Below, one piece after another: positions 10,376 to 21,600 of a DNA stretch of 64,000 nt. Under the pieces are notes generated by a model. It did no database searches. It saw nothing but the letters and a program-made list of their open reading frames with translations, and was not told the origin of the DNA. Source of the stretch: Rhodosorus marinus CCMP1338 (lineage: Eukaryota; Plantae; Rhodophyta); assembly GCA_029953675.1 (NCBI GenBank), contig JAMWBK010000004.1, positions 434,001 to 498,000 on the forward strand, in the 5' to 3' direction. The position numbers and the translations under genes are program-made. Position 1 is the first letter of the stretch; every line of letters starts with the position of its first letter.

Positions 10376-10800
10376 TTAGCATACTGTCAAAGTGCGCGCA
10401 GCGCCACACTCGACTTGAACAATCCATTGGTCTCCAGATTCCACAAAGTCTCCCTCGGGTTTGACAAGACCCGCGAAGCTGAATTCTTGATCATAGTCGT
10501 CTCGGCAGAATTTTCGAATGGTGGGGCCGACGTCTGAGCTTTTCTGGGAGAAGGTCCCCAGCGCGATCGGGTCATTCTCTCCAACATTCAGTTGGAAATC
10601 TTCGATAGTTATCGTGGCGGACAACCCTGCTTCAGCATATGCCATAAGGGACAGCTGACAGATTTCGTGGTCCTCTATCAGACCAGTGTCAAGGTCAAGA
10701 AAATCAGGTGCGCGATCGAATATGTACTCGACGCCACATGTGACTTTGGGGCCACTTGTTGGCATCTTGTCCGCAGGTCCAAGGCCCCCCGCCTCGACGC
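10376..10800 (-). pseudogene. Non-TE coding fragment, possibly a CUB-like extracellular domain
   Basis: Open frame TCGVEY...(25 aa)...CQLSLMA..GLSATITIEDFQL...D.I...IRKFC resembles CUB spacing. No clear start or signal peptide; flanked by TE ends. Confidence 0.3.
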
Positions 10801-11060
10801 CATTCTCAGGGTAGTTAGGCTCTGAACAAACCTGATGATGAAGCTCAACCGCTTGCTCTTCCACTATCTTCGTTCTCAGGTGCTGGGCACGGACCAGGAG
10901 GTGGAGTATGAGGTCCCCCTGCCGATGGCAACGGCAATTACCGATGAAGCTGACGCTCCAGTGGTGCAACGGGTGGCGGACCAAGGGGTCACTGATCTGA
11001 GTGCTCGTCGGAGTGAGTACATCGACCTTTCTATCCCTTGTTCTTTTTATTGAGAAACTA
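10790..11060 (+). mobile_element. Family A-type fragments (3' UTR relic plus REL fragment)
   Basis: TTCTCAGGGTAGTTAGGCTCTGAA matches 11560-11590; KLNRLLFHYLR...VEYEVPLP...RVAD...YIDLSIP resembles the REL region of 4130-4795. Confidence 0.7.
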
Positions 11061-11199
11061 ACAACCCCGGGTGGGTGTCCTACGATAGGGAACGGGGAGT
11101 CACCGACAGGTGACAGCAAGCAAGACTACGTACCTACCTAAGGCTATTAAAGGCAACCCAGGCATTGCCCCTCCACAGGGTCCGGTTAATCGAGGCGAG

Positions 11200-11616
11200 G
11201 GCTCTGTTGAGGACGTTGCCCTTGTTCTCAGGCTACCAGATACCTGCCATTCATCATCATGCTAGCGTCTGCCCAACACCGAGGCGCTGTAGCTCGTTCA
11301 ATGCGGCAACTGTGGGAACCCCAGCACGCTTCGGCTATGTTAGACTTTACGCTTCGCGATTCGGCATTGTCCTATCGGTTTGTTCCACTCATCATCGAGT
11401 GCTTTGGTTTAGATGATAGTGTAGGTTGTCGTTGGCTTCGTGGGCTCTTTCGGACCAACCCAGGTCGTCTTGATAGCCTCCTTACGGAGCTGTCCTTGAC
11501 CTTGTGGCGTTCCAACGATGCTTTATTGTTGGACGCGCGTCATCAGCGTCTTGTTCCTCGCTTCTCAGGGTAGCTAGGCTCTGAATAAGCGGATCATCAT
11601 CATCATCATCATCATC
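11200..11616 (+). mobile_element. Family A-type REL C-terminus plus 3' UTR with (ATC)8 tail
   Basis: YRFVPLIIECFGLDDSVGCRWLRGLFRTNPGRLDSLLTELSLTLWRSNDALLLDAR parallels 4560-4740; (ATC)8 at 11593-11616. Confidence 0.85.
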
Positions 11617-11649
11617 GACTACATGGTCTACAGAGAACAATCCATACGT

Positions 11650-12370
11650 GCGTAACCACGCGTGTCCTCGTAACAGGTTTGCTACGAGGACACACACCCT
11701 TCGCGTGGAATTGGACGTGACTCTCGCGTCGAGGCTCGGAGTCGTTTTTGCAGAATTGGGCTGCGTTGCCACAGTATATTGCCCTATCGTGCGGTGCACA
11801 GCCCCGTTACGAGTCCTGGCCGGCAGTTCTTGACTCTGTTGGCGGGCAACTTTCGGGAAGCTCTGCAGCCAAGCCGTGTGTAGGAAGCGGTGAACACCTG
11901 AAACCCGCGGCTGGTGAAGTCGTTTCCGCTGAAGATGGTGCTGAAATGGACTTTGTGCCGTCGAGGCGGCCTGAGGAGTCTGTTACCCGGTCGGAACGGG
12001 TCGGGTCCTGCCCCTTCGAGCACTGATTTAGTACAAAAAATCCTGTCGTCTTGGGACATACATGGGGACTCGTACGCCACCCTTCTGAGTTCGCCCTCCT
12101 CTCCTCTTTGACCCTGGCACGCCTCCGTGGTTTTGGGGGTAGTTGGGCATAACTCTTGCCTCCAGCCTCGGAAGCGTTTTTACATAGTTGGAGGCTACGT
12201 TGTAGTAGTGTATTGCACTGGCGAGCGGTACACCCCCCCGTATACAGGCTCGGGATCGTGCGCATCTCAAGTCGGTGAGCCTACCCGTAACCTTGCTCGG
12301 AAGCTACCCCCGGATGAGCAGGGATGCTAGTAAGCCATGAAGTGCTCAGCCATAGCGTGCTCGGCCGAGT
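11650..12370 (+). mobile_element. Degenerate CRE-like linker fragment
   Basis: LASRLGVVFAELG, RYESWPAVLDSVGG and LARLRGFGG are homologous to 2100-2633 and 8700-9100. Confidence 0.75.
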
Positions 12371-12725
12371 AAACGGATGATGAGGAGCTTCGAAACTCCA
12401 CAGTCGCACGCTGTCCGTGCAAGAGGGCTTCAGGGATGAGGGCAGCGTAATGCTGGTCAGTGGATACTGAACCGAAAGTTACGCTTTAGTTTCTAGTTGT
12501 CGCCTGTAGAAGGTGTTTGCACGAGTGACTTCGCTGTGCTAAGACATATACTCAGAGTTGGTGCTTTTCCAGTATACTGGAGAGTAGACCACAGAGTCAT
12601 CTTGAAAGAGAAGAAGGGAGAGGGAGCTTCAGGGCGGTCATGAAAGCTGACAGAGACTTCGCAACAACGCTTGGTCGCGGTATGTAGTCAGTCAGTCTGC
12701 TGTGTGCGCGGTGGTCCGTGAGTGA

Positions 12726-13785
12726 TCATGGTACAATCTTTGAAGTACTTGTCTGTATAGTGTAGGACCTTCGAGCTCGTCCTGATATCTTTTGCTTTCT
12801 TGCGCCCCAGCTAAACCGTGGATGAGCGACAAGGAGCTTGAGTGTCCCTAAAAGAAAAGTCGCCTTGGACATCGGAAGCGCAGTAACAGCAGCCGCGAGC
12901 CCATAGACAACCAGTATCGGGGCCGGGCAGAGTACAACAAGCGCGAGAAGGGCAACGCAGAGAAGGACCTTGTCTCGAAGGGATCCGGCGAGGTCCGACA
13001 ACTCGTCAAAAGCCAGAAACCTCCTTTGGATGCGACCTATCATTTCAGAGATTCTGGCGTGCCCGTCAATGATCTTATCAGTCTCCTCAGATGCATTTCT
13101 TATCAAGTCCTCCGTGCTAGCCTTGGCATCCCTCATTGACGCATACATTTCCTCCTGAAGCCTTCCAACCTGCTCCATGTTCTCAACGGTGAGCTTCAGG
13201 GCACTCCGAAGCTCAGCAATCAATCTACACAGGAACAGTTAGTTGTAGATTAAGAAATTTTGAAGATAAACGTTATGCCACGTTCACGACGATGAAATAT
13301 TTGGAAGTAGTTAGACTACATCCATCGTTTCTTAGAATTCATGTTAGGATTCCTCCCAATGGGAATAGTCGCGTTCACCTCTGCGTCTCGGAGTGAAAGT
13401 GATGCTCATGGTGCAGCAGGCAGATTGCGGGGAGATGTGTAAAGAAATATGTATAGACTTGGAACTCGTTCGATGACATGTTTCCGGTACACTCCACCGG
13501 GGAGAGTGCGGCGCAGTCGACCATTTTCCTTCCCGAGCCACGGACATAGCACTCGGTTACCTTCAGAGCTGCGGCGCGGAGGAGGTGTGCATTTTTTCCG
13601 TCCTCAAGGACCACACAGGAATCCATGGCCTCCAGGAGGCTGCCGCCGCAGGAAACCCGCTCCAACATCAGTACAGCCTGACGCCCGTCCTCAGCCACTT
13701 CATCCGGCAAAGCAAACAGCTGAATCAATATCACACCAAACAGAACCCCCAAAAACATCTTTTTTCTGACCACAAAACTTTTCAT
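12726..13785 (-). CDS. GEX1: GEX1/KAR5/Brambleberry-family nuclear envelope fusion protein (2 exons: 13785-13379, 13224-12726)
   Basis: Signal peptide; six-Cys domain SC...DSC...ALKVTEC...SGRKMVDC...VECTGNMSSNEFQVYTYFFTHLPAIC; a GT..CTAAC..AG intron at 13378-13225 joins in frame (SETQR-LIAEL) to a coiled coil and hydrophobic TM segments. The start could be 13758. Confidence 0.8.
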
Positions 13786-14499
13786 CTTTCACCTCCTAAC
13801 ACCTCCAGACCCCACTGGCAAAATACCGTCTTCCTCTCTCTCGGTCACCCAAAACCCCTCCCGACCAAACCCGTCCCATGAGGAGGATGTCCGTAACTCC
13901 AGAAACACATCAAAAAAAATTCTCAGCCTGAAGGAGAAGAAGAAGAGGAAGAGGTGAAGAAGAACGGTCGTGCCTTGTCACCAATCTAACGAACAAAACA
14001 CGCTCGGCTGAAACTATTTCCCCAATAAAAGCTTGAGAATTTTTGTCTCCCTTTTTGAGTCGAATTCTCTTGTTCAGCTGCCCAAGACTATTGGACTCTC
14101 ACTTAAGTAAACCCGACCGATTTCCAGTCTGCTGACACTGCGAATGGATCGAATTAGTCTCGAAGGGGTCACGATAAAGTCGGAACGCGGCAAAAGGGTT
14201 CGAAGCAGTTACGACGGAAAATAAGTTGAAAATACATGGGTTTTTATTCCGTGACTATGAAAAAGAGAAATCAATTCAGCATCCGAGGGGGAAAGAAAAC
14301 AACTACAGGAGGGCGAAGATCACGCCCGTCTCCAACATCAAAGTAGCTTTCCATACGGCAGGGGCAACAAGAAAAGTCAATCGGGTAAACAACGAGGAAC
14401 GAATGGTTTAACAACGAGGAGAGCCCGGCCGGGTCACCCGCGTAACAAAATTCCCGAAGCCAACGGGAAACCCAAACGGGAAAGTGTTGAGCTGGGGTT

Positions 14500-14618
14500 A
14501 AAGTGTACGCGGTTACGTTGAGCTGATGTTGGAGGCGCGCGATCCTCGCCGCGCTTAGTCTGTTTTTTTTGTTCCCTCGGGGTTTCTTCTTCAGTCTCTG
14601 ATTAAACAAATTCATTCA
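14500..14618 (+). mobile_element. Family A 3'-end relic
   Basis: TTGGAGGCGCGCGATCCTCGCCGCGCTTAGTC...TCAGTCTCTGATTAAACAAATTCATTCA matches 4715-4795. Confidence 0.85.
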
Positions 14619-14875
14619 ACGAGAAAGGAATCCAAACGGAATTCCTAAAATAGTCTACAGAGTTCTATCCCCTTCAAGACAATTTGAGATTATGTCGACC
14701 ATCCATTTTCTAGAACTGAGGAACCGTTCGATTTAGATTTAATGTAGAAATTCCAGTTTTTACGTAGGCTTTTGGTACTATTCTAAGGCTAGAGGCTTAG
14801 ATTAGAGCTGCTATTCCTATACCTAGCACGGATTTCCTGTGAATAGGAATATCAATATGGTGGTTTACAGGGAGA

Positions 14876-15100
14876 GCATTAAGCGTCGGCAGGGCGTGAA
14901 AGAGAACTAGGTGCCTCGGACCAAAGCGTGCAAGCCCAGGCGGCGGTGGCGCACCTCGGCGAGCATGATGCTAGACTATCGCCGTAGACCGACATTTGTA
15001 CGGCGTTGGAGTACCAGATACTCAGCATGATGGTCAATGAAACAATTCCGCAGCCACTCCAAGCGTGACTTTTCAAAATGACCATACACTGAAGGGCTGG
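14876..15100 (-). mobile_element. Older, diverged family B 3'-end relic
   Basis: Manual translation YGHFEKSRLEWLRNCF...SSIMLAEVRHRRLGLHA matches the family B C-terminus. Confidence 0.8.
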
Positions 15101-15635
15101 TAGATAATACGCTAGCCACTAAGTGATCAGAGGGGTTGCTCTACTGCAAGGCAACGGTGGATGCGACCCCTACTTCCAGCTCTAAAATCTGTACGGTTTA
15201 CGGCGAACCAGCCGCCTCCCCCCACCCGATTGGAGGCTTGACGCCAAAATCTGTATGGTTCGGATGTGTTCTGAGTTCCTTTGAAAGAATGGAATGAATG
15301 AATGACATGAGCGCCAGGATGCTCAGGTTGAAGAAGAAGACCTTCGGTTGTTCCATTACAGAACAGCAACGAGTAGTGGCATTCTATTGTTGATGAGGCG
15401 AAGAGCAGAGCTAGAAACTTTGCTTAAGGCTCTTGAGCGTAGCCAGAGACAGAATCGACAAGAGCGTGGATAGTCCCTGACGAGTTGTAGACAAGCCTGG
15501 CTTCAGAGGGGAGCTCTGCTTCTCTGGAATTAACAAGTAACCCGGTTTCCGTTCAACCATTAGAATAGTAATTGTCTATTTACAAGTTCAGTCTTCACCA
15601 ATGGGGTTGAGGTCCTAGAAAATGACATGTTCGCG

Positions 15636-18600
15636 TCACACCCAAGCCATCCATCCAGCATACATCTTCGACAAGTTTTCGCTGCTTGTCGCTTCATGTA
15701 TGAGCCGCTGCACTTGTCCCTCGATCGAAAGAGCAAGGCCACTGCCAACAATTCCTTCAAGTTTCATCTCCACAGCTCTCAGAGTCCTGACGGCATAAGC
15801 ATTCTTCGCATTCGGTTTTGAAGACGAGGCCTACGTTCGTTTTTTGCAGTCATTCAGCCAGTCAGATAACCCCGACCTCATCCACTGCAAGCCGTTCGGT
15901 TGCAGCTCTTACCTTTCCCTTCGAGAGCGAGGATGTATTCCACTCCACCAACGGGTCGTGCAAAAACGTTTCCAGCACTGACATGAGCGTTTCCTTGTTC
16001 TGTCGAAGGCACGCTAGACTCATCTCTGACACTCTCCGAAATGCTCCTTCTGGAGCATGAATTCCCATGGCGTCGATAAGATTCCTAGTCAGCCGAAACG
16101 GGACAAGCTCGGGCACCTTCAACGTCAAGCCCTTATCGAACATGCACGCAAAGTCAACGTGCACGCACGTCCCAGTGCTCATCTCGATCGTGATGTTTTC
16201 GCCGTGACGATCTCCAAGTCCAACGATGTACCTACAGGCGCGGAGTGCAAGCAAAGCGATTAGCCTCGCGATTCGCTTCAAGCGAACACCGTTTCACAAG
16301 GGAGTGGGATTGTGATACTTACCCTGTCATGGACCAAACAGCAACAGACCTGGTAAACCTCCTTCGTGCCTCTAACCACGTGGATGGATCGCGATACTTC
16401 CTCACGAAGAATGAGTGCAGCATGACTGGGAATAGCGGCGTCACAAACTCATCGAAAAATTCAACCTGGTAATCCGCAAGCCGGTTCTTTCGCATCAGCT
16501 TTTCCCTTCAAACGGCCGTGTGGTGATCGCAACTTACGTCAGAGCATGTTTTCACCTCTTTCGCCTTTATAATCTCCTGAAAGCTCGTGGTGAAGCCTTT
16601 CGATCTGTACATGTTCAGGTAAGCAGCTCGAATTGAGACCAAGTTATCAACCCACTCGACGAGGCCGCACTCCTCGTTGAGCGGCAAGACTTCGTACGTT
16701 CGCAGTGATAATGATCTTTGCTTCGATTGAGAGTCCTGTATGGAAAGCAACAACAGTGAGCAAATGCACCCCTCCATGGTCTACCGCACGATGCCGTTTC
16801 AGTTCACCTTGTTCAGCAATCGATTCACTACGCGGGCAAAATCCATGAGGCGAGCATCTTTCCTCATGTCCCCAGAGTCCTCCCGCTTACACAAAAACAC
16901 ATACTTGCGACCATCGGAACCTCTAAAGCTTACTTTCTTCGGCTTCATCAGTGACGGCATCAACACAACCTCCTCATCTACACCCTGGAAGCGCACATGG
17001 CTGTCGCCATCCACAAACGATTCGGGCTGACATGAAAGCGCCTTCTGAGTGGGGATTGCAACAGGGCTTGGAAAGAGCCTCAAAAGGCCCTTCAACGCGG
17101 ACGACGCTTTGATCATTCTCGTCTTTCGTAAACAAATTATTCGAAGAATCACAAAGCGCATTTCAGTTTTGGGCTTTTCATGTTTGTGCTTATGGAGCAG
17201 AGCCGCTGCAGCCTTACCCGCTGAGGGGCGCCTTGAATACAAACACGGATGAGCTCCTTAACGAGGGTCCCACCAGCACCAAGCACCTCCGTTGCTCTCT
17301 TGGACTTGGCGAGGGATACAGCGGACTTTACAATACTCCTCGCCCGAGCTGCTCTTTCTGAATCCGCACTTCGAGTAACCGGGACAACATACCACAGCGC
17401 TTGATCGGGATAAGCAGCAACTAAAGAGGCCAGAAGATCCATCAGGACTTGAACAACCTGCTCACTCGGATGAAGGAGTCTTGAGAGCAGCTGCGGCATA
17501 GTTGTAAGCCAGACTGACTTTGGAAGCTTCTCCACGACCTCTTTCATGCCTTGGCGAACTTTTTTCTGCAGTTCATGGCTGGTAGTTGTTGACGGCAGGG
17601 AACTTCAACGTGTTAGAAGAAAACCAGGGTGACACGGTGTGATTGAAACCCGTACCTTGGTCGAGCTGCAGCAGAGACCTCTCCGTTCGTTAGCTCGTAA
17701 AAGCTGAACCATAGAGTGAGCATTCTCGGAAGGACTTGGTGAATATACCTGACCGAGAGGTGCAACGAGTTGCTCCAGTTCTCTAGAATGTACGGAAGGT
17801 ACTCAAACGCTGAGGAAGCTGTACCTTCCCTAGCAGAAAACTCAGCCGGAAGCATAGGCTGTGCACGCGCTCCGGCGGGAAGCAACGACCCTGGTTTCTC
17901 AATTGGCGCCTGCAGCGTCTCAGTGAGGAGAACATCGAAGTACCTGTGCAGGACACTGAGCTGAGCGATCGGACAAGCGTTGACGGGGAGAGGAACCGGC
18001 CATGAAGACGTCAAGAGCATAAATACCTTCCCAGCATGTACGATGGCTTCTCGGAGTCAGGAGCTAAAAACGCGGCATTGCGGTAGTTGTCAAGGATTTC
18101 GGATGGCGCAGTTGACTTTGTAATCTCTGACCAGCGTCCAAGCCTCAGTCGGAGGGTTGCCAATCGACTCTTCGCGTCCCCATCGTTTTCTGAGAGACAC
18201 TCTTCGGAACGGATAATCTCTTTGCTCAGCATATTTATCGCATCTCTCTTGTGGCCCTTGATAAACTGCAACTTCGCGATCTCCACGACGGCGTTCTCAG
18301 CTCCCATGGACTGTACTCGAATAAGACGACTACGCTCAGCGAAAGGACGCGGGCCCGTGGATTGTCATGAGTGAGCACATAATGAAGAAAACAGGAGCGT
18401 GACTTACTAGTGCTCGATTCGAAGCTGCCATTGCAGCACCCGGGTTCCCAGACTTGCGAGCCAGTTTTGCAAGCTTGATAAACATCTCACCAGCTTCGTA
18501 GCGCTTTCCTAGAAGCTGCAACGAGGCTATCCGGCACGCCAGCACAGGCTCTCGGAACCTCAGCGAAGGTGACATCGCTTCTATTCTGTCGTCTACGCAA

Positions 18601-21600
18601 GCCAGAAGAGGTTCATGCTCTCCCTTCGCCGAATCAAGAACTACTAGCGCACAGTGAGCTTTCGAAAGCAGATCTGCAGCTTGGCGATAACCGACCAGCG
18701 ACGCTGAGGCCAGAGGTTGCGTTAGCGTCTTCACGGCGTCGTTGAAACCCCTTTTTGAAGTTGCACGATTGAGTGGGAAGAACATTTTTCAGCTGCTCGA
18801 ATAAGTAGGTGCGATTCTTCGCCACCTTTGAATAGCGGAAGATAGGATTATTACCTGATGACAAGCGACTCCTCATGTCTCCTAAAACCTAAAAACATTT
18901 CTCCTAGATGCTTCTCATACTTCGCTTCCCACGGTACAGCGTTTTGCCTAGGTCCAACATCTACAATTCAGCAGACATGTTTCAAGCTGAGAAGACGCAA
19001 ATTTCCCGTCATCCATCCCCTACCTCAATGTAAAAGAACGGCTGTGGACTTCTTCAAGCACGTCCCATCTAGAAAGCCTCCGAGCAGCCTCAGAAGCAAA
19101 CGGAGCGATCTCACGCGCTACATCTGGCAAATCAAAGACAGAAGATGTAAGGATATTGTCCAATGCACTTGAAGAAATAAGCTCAAAGGTCACCTACCAT
19201 GACTTGCACAGTTTTGCATAAGCCAGCGCGAGTGCACGAGCATAGATTCCCAATGTCCAAGGAGCTTGAGACACTGCAAGTATCGTCCATTTGCATTGAT
19301 GTCGTTCGGATCAATTGAAAGGAGCTGTTCGAGATACGTTAGTTGATCGTCAAAATTCCCTAGCGACTCTGCCTTAAGAATTTTCTCCTCCACAGTCTGG
19401 CTCTCACGCAATGATGCTACCCCAATGAGATCATCCAAGTCTTCTAGGTCCGCGTAAGCCTTGTCGTGATTTTGAAGACTTCCAAGTCAGAATATTGAGG
19501 CACAAACAACCAAGCCCCGAAAGTTAACATTGAAGAACGTCATCCTTACCTCCTCCAGAAGTCGCACCTCAGACGCGGATATGTGAGTATCAGACCTCTG
19601 ACCACGACGACTCTCCTCCATGTACAGAACTACTCTGGCACTGGCTGAGACCTAAGACAGCGTTAAAATGATGCATCTGTCAGCTCTGCAAACGCGCAAG
19701 ACATGACCACGAGAATGAGTCCAGTCGAAACTCACAGCTTTCGCCGCCTGAGCAAGGCGGTTTCTTGGTAGAAAAGTTGCCTCGGAAGCTGGCGATAGCG
19801 AATCCAACAGCGTTTCCTTCGCTTCCGGCCTCAGCCCCGCCTTTTTTTGACGCAGAACTGGATTGGGGAGGAACAGGGATGGGATAATTATGAGTACGCC
19901 TTTCCGTGCCGGAGACCTGGAAAGTCCATAATAGATACCATTCGCGTCGGATTTCAAGTCGCAGATGCTCTGAATCGTATCGACGACACTGAAAGTAACT
20001 TGAATTGATTCTCGATCGTGTTTCAGTGCCTCGAGGAGCTCTGCTGCTATGCTTTTGACAACTTCCTCAGAGTTCGAGTCCTCCACAAGTGCAGCGATCG
20101 CGTGCGGGAGACAGAAAAACCCAGTGCCGTAGTCGTTTCGAATGACGACGCGACTAGCAATGAGCACCTCGGCGGTTCCCGCCGTATCCTGATTCCCAAG
20201 TGCATCGATGATTCTCGCTGTAAACTCCTTCACCCAAGCCGAGGTTTTCATTCCAGGTTTCATGATCCGGAGCCGGTCCGACAGCCTGAGGACAACCGAT
20301 AAGTCTGCATTAGCAACTGCTTGCTGCACAGTGATCTGGCTATAACGGGCTCACCGTTGAGATAGTTCTCGTCCTCCTCCGTTTCGGAAAGTCGTCTCAA
20401 AATTTGCCTCGAGGTAGGGCTTTACCGACGCGCGGATGTTTTCCGGTAGGCTCCTCCAAAACGCAACGCCGTCTCGTGGACGCGCATCTGCTTGTTGCAT
20501 ATCGTCCTCGACCTCAGCCGCAGTAGACATCATCATTGAAGAGTCGCTGAGCTCGGCAAGAGACGGCGTCATGGGTGTGCAGCCATGCATTCGGAGGATT
20601 TCTTGTATGGAGAATCCTGCTTGGTTTTGTTGGTCGCCGCCTCCACGACTTTCTCCGCGCCTCAGAATAGGGACCAGATACTTGCACAGAAGCACCCTAG
20701 CGAGATCTGCTGAAGATTCCGGAACGGAAGTCCCAATCTGAAGCAACGCGAGAAGAGTAAGAATCCACGCTAGCAGAAAGGGAAAATGGAGAGAACTGAA
20801 GCTGCGCTCCTGGCGATTGCAAACTATGCCTCACCTGTTGTCGTTGAGCTCTCAGCATCGGGGAGGATTCGTTGTTAATCGTTTGTGGATCTGGAGCGCC
20901 GATCTCGGCAAGCACTTCAACGCAAATTTGCCGGTATTTTTCATCTCGAAAGCTCAGACTCTTGAGGACTTTGTTGATTAACGTTGGGAGGTAAGGATCG
21001 CTCATAATCGACGTGCGATGCTCGATTAGTTGGCGCCGCAAAGATCCGAGGGCGGCCTGCCGCAGTTTCGAGTTTTCGTGTCCAGTTGCTTTAGATGTCA
21101 GCCACTGGATGGTAAACTTTCTGGCCGGAGTTGTCGAGAATATTGTAGCGAAATATTCCCTCTTTGTTGCAGTGAACTGCGAAAATTTGTACGCAGATAC
21201 TTTCAGCAACAGTGTTCGGAAGAGCACGTAGAAGCAGGAAAAACCAAGAACGGGCATACTTCATCCAAAAGCAAATGCAGCTCCGCGATTTGGTCGCCAT
21301 TCTCATCTCCTTGAAGTGTGCCCTCAACGAAACCCTGGATCGACTTAATGATGTCATCACCAACGGTTGAAAACCGCGGGAGCAGAATCTCCATGATTGA
21401 AATCAGGTTTGGGCCTACGGAAATGAAAGTCATTGATGAGCGCGCCACCTAGTACTATTGATCCGGAGCTTGATACCCACGCTAAGATATTTGTCTCACT
21501 GTGGCTACTCACCGGCTTGCTTCGGAGTTAGACATCCGAGAAACGTTGCCCACGCTTGCTGAGCCTCATCCTTTACTTTGGTATCTTCCACCTCTATAGC

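Noticed and set aside
10376-11119. 247-aa ORF as a complete gene
   Set aside because: Its N-terminal third is the antisense of a REL fragment; only ~10376-10800 may be host-derived.
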